A stretch of 41,358 nucleotides of DNA from Stramenopiles sp. TOSAG23-3 (Eukaryota). The number at the start of each line of letters is the position of its first letter. Within the stretch, counting starts at the first letter, position 1. Shown in pieces: positions 29,801 through 39,900 of the stretch. The translations under genes were made by a program, and so were the position numbers. The notes under the pieces were generated by a model. That model was not told the DNA's origin, ran no database searches, and worked only from the letters and a program-made list of their open reading frames with translations. Where the stretch lies: the NCBI GenBank assembly GCA_900128585.1, contig LT642178.1:1-41358 (forward strand). The letters are read 5' to 3'.

Positions 29801-31846
29801 ATGGCGTCGTTCGACCAGAGCAGCCAACGGTCCCCGGATTCATCGGTTGGAGGGAGTGGGAAACGACGGTCGCGGCCAGCCCAAGCGTACCGTGGTTGGC
29901 TTATTAAAAAGTGCGGTGGGTGGAGAAAGAATTGGGTAAAACGATGTTTCGATTTGAGCGAACGGGGTCTCGTCTATGCGGGGACCTACGACGCGGTCAA
30001 AGCCGGCGAGAAAGTCAAGTCGATTGATCTTCAAGGTTGTGAGGTAGTAGACGAAGGGCACAAGAAGTACCCCTTTTATTTTCGAATACAGCACGCAGAG
30101 CGCCGGGATTACGAGTTAAGCGCGGGGAGCCAAGTAGAAAAGTCATTGTGGGTTGATGCCGTGCGGTATAGAATTTCGCTCCTTACCGATCATAGAGAAC
30201 CGAACACTTCGTCGGTCTTCTCGCCTACAGCGGACAGCCGAACAACGCTAGGCGGCGCCTCGGAAGACCGCAGCCACTTTGGCGACACTACATTCGAGAG
30301 TACGTTCGACAACAAGGCCCAGTTAGACGAGTCGCTAGATAGCACAATGGGCAGTCTCCCCGAAGATACACTGTCGAAGAACGAGACGTTTTTGTCCCAG
30401 GATGAGAGTTACTTTGCCACTGACACCTCCGTAGAAAATTTAGACTCCAGTTTTGCCGATCAAAACGATAAGAAAATCGAGGAGCTGCTGCGGCACCAAC
30501 AAAAGAGGCAATCGATTGACGAAGCCACAAGGTCCAACACAGCGCCACCGCCGCCGCCGCCGCCTTCGCCACCCTCCGCAATAGAGGACAAAGACGAAGC
30601 GTTCGGTCGGGAGGAAAGGGGCCACAAAGCGGCTTTAATGCCAGAGGAGAGGGAGGAAACGAAAGATGGGGGGCTGCCAGCCGTGTCCCCCACTTCATCA
30701 CATGGGTTCGAGGACGTCATGGAGGATGAAAACGATAGTGGTGGTGAACAGTTTGGGGTTATTTCTGGGATCAGTACAATAGGAAGTGCAAACAAGACCT
30801 TCGCACCTTTGTCGGGCACGCCAATACCGATGCAAAAATTAAATTCTTCTAAAGCGGCCGATGAGAAACCGATTTCGAACAGGACGCCGCCGGCGGAGTT
30901 GCCGGCGCAAAGGCGTGAACAACAGCGTGAGTTTGACGTTAAGATGCAGCAACTCAAGTTTGCAATGCAGACTGAATGGGCAGAGAAAGAGGCCCGATTG
31001 AGCAAAGAAATCTTGAGTTTGAAGCGGCTTGTGGCAGATCAGCAGGCCAAGAAGAAAGAAAGGGACCAACGGGGCGGCGCGTTGGACTCCATGCCCCCCA
31101 CTGCAAGCGTGACATTGGACAGCACGTGGCACGATGTGAGGGGACTGGCATCAAAGTCTCGGAAATCCAGTGGACGGGCGAACTCCGACAATTGTAACGA
31201 AGAGAGTATACAGCTAAAAACATACGAAAGCAAGCGAGGTCGTATGATTGAAAAGGCGTTTTTAGAGAAAATATCCCCACCCCGTGGCGTTTCCAGGCGA
31301 ATTAGAGAAGAGTATGGTAATCGTGTCGCTGCCCGTTCTAGAGCGACCGCTCACAACGACCGCAGTCGGATTCGGCCGCGAAGAAAAGGGAGGAAAAAAA
31401 AGAAGCAAGCGTCTTTAAGCTCTTCCGGGATATCTATACGGGTGCGAAGGGTTCAGAAACAGTCAAAGCTGCCGCTGTCGGTTGTTAGGAATGGCCTCAA
31501 TAGAAATAAAAAGGTCTCTTATATGCGTTTTGCGAACAACGCGCCGCCCAAAAAGGGATCCCGGGACCCCTTGTACGGTAGCAAGGCCCGAGTGCTGTCG
31601 GAAAGGATTACTCTAATGGGCGTGAAACCGCGTGCCTCCGATAGTACTCCATACAACAAGGCAAGGCCACGGGTTGTGTATGATGATCACGAACATTTTC
31701 ATGGTGGAGCTAGGAATCCCCCAGTCACCCCAGCACTGCATCAAAGTGGGCTGGAGGATATGTCCCATATCATTGAGAGGCAAGAACAGATTGAGGCACG
31801 AACGATGGAGTTGCTAGGGCAACACAACGACAGCAATCGTTTTTAA
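29801..31846 (+). CDS. PH-domain protein with long disordered / coiled-coil tail
   Basis: GWLIKKCGGWRKNWVKRCF...YELSAGSQVEKSLWVDAV PH domain, a polyproline stretch and a coiled coil. Confidence 0.85.
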   Translation: MASFDQSSQRSPDSSVGGSGKRRSRPAQAYRGWLIKKCGGWRKNWVKRCFDLSERGLVYAGTYDAVKAGEKVKSIDLQGCEVVDEGHKKYPFYFRIQHAERRDYELSAGSQVEKSLWVDAVRYRISLLTDHREPNTSSVFSPTADSRTTLGGASEDRSHFGDTTFESTFDNKAQLDESLDSTMGSLPEDTLSKNETFLSQDESYFATDTSVENLDSSFADQNDKKIEELLRHQQKRQSIDEATRSNTAPPPPPPPSPPSAIEDKDEAFGREERGHKAALMPEEREETKDGGLPAVSPTSSHGFEDVMEDENDSGGEQFGVISGISTIGSANKTFAPLSGTPIPMQKLNSSKAADEKPISNRTPPAELPAQRREQQREFDVKMQQLKFAMQTEWAEKEARLSKEILSLKRLVADQQAKKKERDQRGGALDSMPPTASVTLDSTWHDVRGLASKSRKSSGRANSDNCNEESIQLKTYESKRGRMIEKAFLEKISPPRGVSRRIREEYGNRVAARSRATAHNDRSRIRPRRKGRKKKKQASLSSSGISIRVRRVQKQSKLPLSVVRNGLNRNKKVSYMRFANNAPPKKGSRDPLYGSKARVLSERITLMGVKPRASDSTPYNKARPRVVYDDHEHFHGGARNPPVTPALHQSGLEDMSHIIERQEQIEARTMELLGQHNDSNRF

Positions 31847-31978
31847 GGAGCACACAGGAAATAAATAAGAGAAGAGGTTTATTATATCTTACCCTCGTGA
31901 CTTAATAAAAGAAAGAAAACACCTAAACGTCACATTCAGTATGATAAGTTAAATGTTTCAATTGGAAAAAATTATATA

Positions 31979-32046
31979 AAAAAACAAATTATATAGTATG
32001 TTTTAAGACTCTCATTTTAAATTCTATATAGTATCATATGCTTCAA
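31979..32046. repeat. Convergent-spacer repeat module
   Basis: Near-identical to 16683-16726, plus TATAGTATCATATG (reverse complement of the 25918 module). Confidence 0.9.
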
Positions 32047-32285
32047 ATTGGATATTAAACCAAATTCAGGTTAATTTTTTTCTCTTCGAGGATTAATATG
32101 TTTGTTTGTGTTTGTAAAATATAGTCTGTTGCTGATTTTTTGTTTTGCAACGTGTTGAGTATGTTCCGCTGATGTATAATACGTTTTTTAAAAAATTATG
32201 ATATGATAACAATTTAATAAATGATCATAATTTATCTCGTACTTCATACGACCCGTGATTCTTATGATGCATGATCTGCTTCAAA

Positions 32286-35200
32286 CTATTTTTTGTTAGC
32301 CGGCGCAAACCTCTCCTTTCTCTGGCGCAATCGTTTGCAGCGGGGGCACGATGTGGCCTCCTCAATGCATTGGCGATGAAAATATGATTTGCACCCCGTG
32401 CATGCCGACGCCTTCTTGATTTCAAACGCGTATATCGGCTTGTCGTCCGTGCAAATCTCGCACACAAATCCGCGGGCTGAGCACGTCGCACAATTTGTGG
32501 TAATATGCGTTGCTAGGTTTTGCACCTGCTCCATCAAAAACTTGTTTAATTGTTTCGACCGTATATCGCAGAAGTCTCTCATACTAAACATCTCTGTGCT
32601 CTCCATTAGATAGGAACCCCGCTCGTCGATTTCGGTACGAAGGTCGCCTCCTTGTCGGCATGTGTTCAGAAAATCTATCATTCGCGTGAGCTGCAATCGT
32701 AACAGTCGTGCATGTCGCAACTGTTTCACCTTCAGAAAAAGGTTTGGGTTCAGCGCGGACACGCAGAAAATCGGCTGCCCATAAATGTCGTCCAAGTACA
32801 CCATTACCTGGTCGCACACTTTGTATGATTTGAAATCCCAATGGTGAAGGACTCTTGTTGGTAAACTGCGGGCCGCGTTTGCGGAAGAGCACGTATTGCA
32901 ATGGTACAATTCTGAATACTCACAGTAACGAACGCCATTCTTTACGGAAAGAAGGGACCCACATGAACCGCAGCGAAACCGCTGAAGGCCAATTCCAACT
33001 TTTGCCGGTACCGATTGCCCAGGTTTTGGCCGTCGCGTCACGGTAAGCGGTATATGGAACCCAGTCCACCCAACTTCGTGATCTGACGAGCGTTTCCTGG
33101 GCATACGCTCTTCCGCTGCAAGCTCACTCAAGTCCTCTTCGTGGACAGCCAAAAAGGAAACCAAAGGTTCCCTATCAGCAATCGGGACGGACTTCAAGAT
33201 CTCTACAAGGCTGGACAAATATTCGTTGAGCTGCGCACGTTTCTTTTCTAGATAATTTGGCTCAAAGGAACGAATGAGCTTAGAACGTGGGAGCTTTGGA
33301 AGGGTTGCTTTAATATGCTGGCGCGCCGCTAGGAGTGAGTGAGCGCTTTTAAACTGCGTGTACCGCCTTTTTATATCGTAAAAGCGCTGGGCGGGGCCTG
33401 TGCCGGCGCCAACTTGGCTTGTTGTTGATAGAAGTACTTCGCTAACGCGAATTAAATACCTCACGTGCGGTTTCGGGTGCATAACCACACGAAAATCAAA
33501 GACTTGAACATTTATCGAAAGTGTGCCCTCCATTTCACTGCTTGACTTGCCGGGTAGCAATTCAGTGGAAACGTCATTGAACGATATTATTTCATCTCCC
33601 CCCGGAAAATCGGGATCTAATCGAAGCAGAGCAACATGATCTGCTTTGCCAACTATTCGAATATCATCTTGTAGTGACCAGTCAATCGGTGTTTTTGCAA
33701 ATTCTTCGCGGGTGTACGGATCTGAACGAATGGGTGCTGTTTCAGGGCCTTCTACGCCATTTATCGCTTTGGTCTGCGCTAGCGGGTTCGGTTCGACATC
33801 CTGCTGCATTGTAAGTGACTGAAATTGAGATCTCCTTCGCTCTCGAATTGCTTCTAGATCCTTTTGCAGACGTTTTCGCTCCGCTACGTATTGCGCATTT
33901 TCAGTCAAAATCTTTCCGGGTTCGGTTTCATCGGATTCAGTGATTACAGTCGTATCCACTGTGCTGTTGGCATTGCCGCCAGATATCTCTGCAACGCGCA
34001 CCATACTGCTATGATCCTCCCACATTTTGTTGTTTCCATTTTCCTCCACCATTTCTCTAATTCTGTGTTCGAAACTATTTTCTCTAGACGGCAATGGCGG
34101 TGTTAAGGAGGGGCGTTGCTGAGGGGAGTGGGAGGGCGTTTGCTTGACGGAACGCTCACCGTCTGAAAAAAATTCTGCGTCACCTACGTATACGTTCTGG
34201 ACTAATTCTGATAGGTCCTCTGAAGAGTAAGAGTCATAATGCAATGTAGGCCATTTCTCGCTGTTTGCTGTAGACTCGGCATCGGAATTTACGCCTATAC
34301 GCACCCCGTTAATTTCTTTTTTTGGTGTTACAGTATCATGTTGGACGAGGTCGTCGTCCGCAAAATTCTTCTGTTCCACAATACTCGTGCTCCCGTCCGT
34401 TTTACAGGACTGTTTAGGACTTCGTACTTTGGCATCAACATGTGCCCTGACATGATCTTCTGTCTGGACACCATAAATTGCATTTTGGGTCCCGTCAAGC
34501 TCATCTACACTTTCTTGACGGTTGGTTTGTTCTGCCTCAACAGGTTCTAAAAGTAGGCTTTCACCTTCCGCATTGCTATCTGTGATAACAGGTCCCTCTA
34601 CTTCCCTAGGAGCGATTTGCAAAGAGTGAGCGTTGTGTTCCGTACCAGTCTCTACGGAGACAGGCGTTTCGGTGAGTTGAGTGGGGGTAGCTAGCTCATC
34701 AGGGTCCCCATGCAATGGTATTGCGCTCTCGGTGAACGGTATGTTCCTCCCTCTTATCAATTCGTGGTCTATTTTGCGCGGTACGCTTGGAGTAACGGAT
34801 GACGACTTTTCCATATCAGGCAAAGGGGGTTCATTGACCGCGGTCGCGCTCACCTCACGAATTAAAGATTCTACCCCTGAACTCTTCGTCTCCTCCGCTG
34901 CGTGAACTTTGCTTACGGAAGCTTCTCTTAGGTCTATGTCGGCACCAGCAGCGACTACTTTTACGTCGTCACCCCCTCCTAACGCACTCATCATGTTATG
35001 TACAGATGGCACTTCATTATCTAAATGTGCCGAAGCCCATGAAGAACTGAACGCCAATTCAGGGTCAGCATCGCTACGAGGAATCCCCGGGTTTTCGTCT
35101 ATTTTCACTACTTTCTTTGATTTACCCTTCTCTTTTTTCTTTTTCTTGTGCTTTTTCTTTGCCTTCTTTTTCTTTGGTTTAGTAATTTCGGAAGTTAAAG

Positions 35201-36344
35201 GTGCTGCTAGCAAAGATGCATGGTCCCACGAAACTTGAGTGAACGGTGGGGCGTTTGAAGTGCCATGCTCCACTAAGCCAGTAACGGCATCTGTTTGGAG
35301 AGCGTCAGAGTTTTTTTCTGGCAGGACAGATGCGGCGGACAGTACTTTTGCCGCCAATGGCTTGGGAGGAATCTCCGACTCCAAAAATGTTAAACCTAAC
35401 GTCGGCCCTGGTATTTTGCCACCACTGGGGTGCACTTTCCACACTTCAAACGGTGGTGTATCCGCTGCCGAAGGGCAAAAGTAGTATACGACCTTTTTGT
35501 CAGGGTTTCCAAGGAACCAACGGTGTGTTGGCGCTGGAGTTGGCTCATCGTTTAATTTGGGGGGCTGATATGGAGCCCTAAAAACTTCGTTGCTGCTCAC
35601 TTCTGAGACGTAAGACAGGACGCCATCTTTTACTGGGCCTTCTCCGTAAAGCCCGTTCGCCTCAAGTACACCAGCACCACGTAGCATGCAGTAGTTTTTC
35701 GTATTAGTAATGCGCACCTCATCCAACTCGGCGTAGTCAACCTTGAGCTCAAACCCAACCGTATTTAAAGCGATTATCATAGTCAAGAACACGTCTAAAA
35801 TTTCTCTATTTTCCACTATTGCTTCCAAATAATAAGTCTTTCGTGTCATCGCCTGATCTTCAAAAAGGGCACGCAAGTTAAACTCGAACGCATGTTGATT
35901 CAAAACTTGCCGAAGCCACGCGCGGCAACGCCCGTACGGCGTTTTCACGTTCATGCACAATTTTATCATGTCAATAGACGCCCCAAAAGACATGCTCCCT
36001 CTACCATATAATGCCTCCACCAACATCCAAAAGTTGGTGGTAGAATCCTTCTTCTTGCCGTCCGACACGCCTCCTTCCGTGCCCCTTTGGTCGCCCATCT
36101 CGTCGTTGGGATCGGTCGGGATCATCCCGTGAAACAAACACGTTTCCAAACACCACAGTAGAACTCTAACACTTTCTTTGCTATCGTCCAGCTGCTCCCC
36201 ATTGTTGTCACGGGCGTCCTCCACCACATTCCGAATAGCAATTTTCAGGCGGTCCAAAATTATCTGGCGCGAGCACGTAAGTTCTTGTTGAAACTGACCA
36301 TTGCCCAAACCTAAATAACCTGACACTTTGTAAAGAAAGTTCAT
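32286..36344 (-). CDS. RUN + PX + Rubicon-homology (zf-RING_9) protein, PLEKHM/Rubicon-like
   Basis: RUN: LETCLFHG, GRCRAWLRQVLN. PX: KRRYTQF..LPKLP..KRAQLNEYL. RH: RYCEYSELYHC..PTRVLHHWDF..CATCSARGFVCEIC..FHRQC..CPRC. Confidence 0.9.
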   Translation of the reverse strand: MNFLYKVSGYLGLGNGQFQQELTCSRQIILDRLKIAIRNVVEDARDNNGEQLDDSKESVRVLLWCLETCLFHGMIPTDPNDEMGDQRGTEGGVSDGKKKDSTTNFWMLVEALYGRGSMSFGASIDMIKLCMNVKTPYGRCRAWLRQVLNQHAFEFNLRALFEDQAMTRKTYYLEAIVENREILDVFLTMIIALNTVGFELKVDYAELDEVRITNTKNYCMLRGAGVLEANGLYGEGPVKDGVLSYVSEVSSNEVFRAPYQPPKLNDEPTPAPTHRWFLGNPDKKVVYYFCPSAADTPPFEVWKVHPSGGKIPGPTLGLTFLESEIPPKPLAAKVLSAASVLPEKNSDALQTDAVTGLVEHGTSNAPPFTQVSWDHASLLAAPLTSEITKPKKKKAKKKHKKKKKEKGKSKKVVKIDENPGIPRSDADPELAFSSSWASAHLDNEVPSVHNMMSALGGGDDVKVVAAGADIDLREASVSKVHAAEETKSSGVESLIREVSATAVNEPPLPDMEKSSSVTPSVPRKIDHELIRGRNIPFTESAIPLHGDPDELATPTQLTETPVSVETGTEHNAHSLQIAPREVEGPVITDSNAEGESLLLEPVEAEQTNRQESVDELDGTQNAIYGVQTEDHVRAHVDAKVRSPKQSCKTDGSTSIVEQKNFADDDLVQHDTVTPKKEINGVRIGVNSDAESTANSEKWPTLHYDSYSSEDLSELVQNVYVGDAEFFSDGERSVKQTPSHSPQQRPSLTPPLPSRENSFEHRIREMVEENGNNKMWEDHSSMVRVAEISGGNANSTVDTTVITESDETEPGKILTENAQYVAERKRLQKDLEAIRERRRSQFQSLTMQQDVEPNPLAQTKAINGVEGPETAPIRSDPYTREEFAKTPIDWSLQDDIRIVGKADHVALLRLDPDFPGGDEIISFNDVSTELLPGKSSSEMEGTLSINVQVFDFRVVMHPKPHVRYLIRVSEVLLSTTSQVGAGTGPAQRFYDIKRRYTQFKSAHSLLAARQHIKATLPKLPRSKLIRSFEPNYLEKKRAQLNEYLSSLVEILKSVPIADREPLVSFLAVHEEDLSELAAEERMPRKRSSDHEVGWTGFHIPLTVTRRPKPGQSVPAKVGIGLQRFRCGSCGSLLSVKNGVRYCEYSELYHCNTCSSANAARSLPTRVLHHWDFKSYKVCDQVMVYLDDIYGQPIFCVSALNPNLFLKVKQLRHARLLRLQLTRMIDFLNTCRQGGDLRTEIDERGSYLMESTEMFSMRDFCDIRSKQLNKFLMEQVQNLATHITTNCATCSARGFVCEICTDDKPIYAFEIKKASACTGCKSYFHRQCIEEATSCPRCKRLRQRKERFAPANKK

Positions 36345-36923
36345 AGCACCCTAAAGCCACAGTTTGCCTCGCGACGGCCGTCTGGGCGCCAACTATTTGG
36401 TAAAACTGACTAGTCCTGCTAACCAACCAGTCAACAAGAGTCTTTTTCCGGGCGAGCGAGGGGGTTCGTTGACGTCTGAGCTGAAGGTCCTGCAGAATCG
36501 CAATAATTCGTGGGAGAGAATCAAAACCCTCTTCGTCGTTTGTTGGGGGGGGGATGATAATAGAAATGAATATTAGAAAAACTGTTGTTGGTTTTTTTAA
36601 TCCGACAACAACAACAACAAAAACCAGTTGAATAGATATCAATAATACAACCATCATCATCCATCTTATTATTATTATAATAATGGGGAGGAGGAGTGGG
36701 GAACAACGAAAGTTGTTGGTTTTATATTACGGTGGTAGAAGGGTTTTGTATTTAGTAGGGTATAGGGAAGAACCACGTAAAAAACCTGGTACGGGTACCT
36801 GGTATTAACAGCCGGTTCGGTTATCATCACCACTAAAAAATATATATAATAATAGGGTCTAAATAAAAAAAGTGTTTTTTTTTTACGAGGAGCGTGTATA
36901 ATAATAAGATGCTGTTTCATATT

Positions 36924-39900
36924 TTATTTTTTTTCGCTTGCTTCCATGCCTGCTTTGAGTTTTTGAACCTCCTTCTCAGCCTTAATCTTTATTTTTTCTT
37001 CCTCACTCAAATTTTCCAATTTCTTTTTCGCTGCGTCATCTGCATACTTCTTTTTCAGGTCATGTGCAAACAAATGCTCGACGGGCTTGTAAAAATATGG
37101 ACAGTACCCCAGATGGCTCATATCGCATGGGTCCATTGTAGATTCAATTTTGAGATCCTTGTTTTCGTACTTAATTGCCATTAGGTACTGTTTCAGGAGT
37201 GTCCCCTTCTTGACTCCTTTAAATCCAGCAAATTGGATGTCCACATTCGCCGTTCCTTTCTTTTTTGCAATGCTCAGTGCATTCTTCAAAATAAAGTTTG
37301 TGGGAGCAAATTTCCACAAGAATTTCTTTGCCATTGTGGGGCTACAATCTAAGAACCTCTTTCCTTGGTTGGATTTGGACCGTAAGTCCGTCAGTGTCTT
37401 GGGGGAGAGCGTTGATTTGGATTTAATGCAAATTTTATCGAATATATCCAAAGAAGACCCCATGGGGTCCCTCTGTTTGGATAGCATGCGCTCGCATGAT
37501 TGATAACAAGTCCTTCTACCGCTCGTCATGAAATGGTCGCAAGCTTTCTTGCAAATGTCTGAATCGTATTCGTAATCATTATTCTTCATTCGGCGATCAC
37601 TCACTTTCTCGTGAAACTGAAGCTGGCATATTTCGCACAATGCTTTCTTTTCGTTCGTAAGCTCGTTCGCGGGCAAACCGCCAGTAGACAGTGTATTTTC
37701 CAACGCTGTTTTTTGTGGAGTGCTCAAAGAAATAAAGTGATACTCGCCAGCTCTAGTCTCGCTTCTTTTAAAACTCATCGGTACAGAAAATTTTATGTCC
37801 AGCGGCTTACCATGGTTGTTTTTTAAGAATTTAGTGTCCCATCCAAACCCCTTTGCCTGACATACTTTTTCTGGCGCGTTACTGCATGTTTTCCCATCTG
37901 GACAACTTTCTGAACTTAGTTCCCAAGACCCACTGCTGCAGATGCGGTAAATATCCATACCCTGGTCCGGCGAACCTTCAACAACCGATCTAAGGCCACA
38001 ATTGACCAAGTTTATTGCCTCGCCAATCGCTCGGTCGGATTCCAAAGTATTTTTTTCGTACTCTTTCTTCAACCGGCAACTCTGCCCCAAATGAGTGTCC
38101 CCCCACTTGAATTTTCGTTTGCAATGCTCTTTGGGCATGCATATGTCGAGCGAGTAACTCCAGAAGCAGCCTTTGTCGGATTGTGGTGGCAGGTTTGGAT
38201 CTACGTCTGCACCAGAGTTGTCATAGCGAACGATACCTTTGTCATTGGGCCTGCAACTCTGTCTCAATGTCCTATCCCCCCACCTAAATTGCCATGAACA
38301 AACACCCTCCTTCTGTCTATCGTCCGCTGTGACGCACGTTGCTTTTGGCACACTCCACGTGCAGTCGTTATCTGTCAACTGTTCTGAGCTGTCCGTAGGT
38401 TCTACTTCCGCTACTTTGCACTTTCTCGACGACGCGCATACGTGTGGGCGGACGTATTTGCTCCCATGTTGGCACCGGAAGCAGGTAGACCCATACAGGC
38501 AACATTTCCCGTCCATTTTTGGGTCTTTAGTCCAAGTGAACCAGGATTTCCCTTCTTTTGGTTTATCCGGTTTCGGCTTCTCAACTGCGGTAATATTTTT
38601 TTTATTTCGACAGCGCTGGGTCATGCTGAAATCGGTGCTCTGTGGCACAAATTCACAAGAATTAAGTGGGACGCACCTGGCTTGTCGCCCGTCCCATTTG
38701 CAATCTTTCTCCTCCATTGGTGTAACCATGTCTTCGGCTTCTTCCTCTTCCTCGCTCGAGACTGGCTCCTTTTCCGGCTGAAGCGTTCCTTGCTGGTCGG
38801 TCTTTTTTTCTTTTTTCGTTCCAACGAAACCGCGTTCAATGAAAGAAAGGTCGTCTTCCACCCCCCCCGTCCCCCCCTCGTTGCCATCTTTCTTGCTCGC
38901 TACGGTGCCTTCCTGGGGCTTTACTCCCCCTCCTGTCATGGCTTCTGGGGGTGCATTTGGATCAGCGCATGTGGCTTCCAGATCACTGGCTTTGAAGAAC
39001 TCATCATAGGGCATCTTCCCATGGTTGTATGGATACGTGCTTTGTTTGTAGACAACGTTTAAGAACGAAAACTCTGGCAAGCTCCTGAGTCTCAACCAGT
39101 TCTTAGTGCCACCATACAAAACATGGTATGGTGTGAAGATTCTTCCCTCAGAATTCATTTCGTGCATTGGCACAACGTTTGTGGGCGCTGCCCGCTTCTC
39201 CGGTTTCGCCGGGCTCCCGTTGAGCTCCAAAAATCCCGTGGGGGGGCTCGATTGTCGCGTTTTTAAAGAATGCCGGAATGCTTCCAACATTCTCGTAACA
39301 ACTCGGGCTGTTGTCCTCTGTTTAATTCCGGTTTCGTACTCGAACTCTACCCTCGTTAGCATCTGAAAATATTGTACATCCGTGAACGTGCAGTCCAGCT
39401 CGAAATTATTCAGTTCGCTCTTCAACGGCGACGAATTGTCTTTTGAGTTGCTTGCAATGGATACAGCATCAATCACCCGCTGGATCTCAATTGTTTCCAA
39501 TGCGGCGGTGAAAAATTTGTGCAAATCCGTCTTGCGCTTTTCCCCCCATGCAATGTTTGATCTGAAATAAATATTCTTTGGAATTCCGCGCTTCAAGTCA
39601 ACCAAATCTTTCATGATTCCTTCTCGTATTTTGTCGTTGTTCAGTAAATCGTGCAGCCGTTTGTACCTGGGATCATCCCCCATCTTGTACGTCTGCCAAT
39701 TCGCAATAATATTTAATACTTCTCCATTTATGGTTTCGAAGACCTCTTTCATACCATGCCGCATTGACATTGTTGAGAGGGTTCTGGCCAGAACCGCTTC
39801 CGGGATGTCATCGTAATTTGCTAGCTGCGCCATGCTCCCAATGTCCGCCGATCGTCCATAAAATTCTGCTTTGGCGCCAGGGATGGTAGCAAACGCGTAC

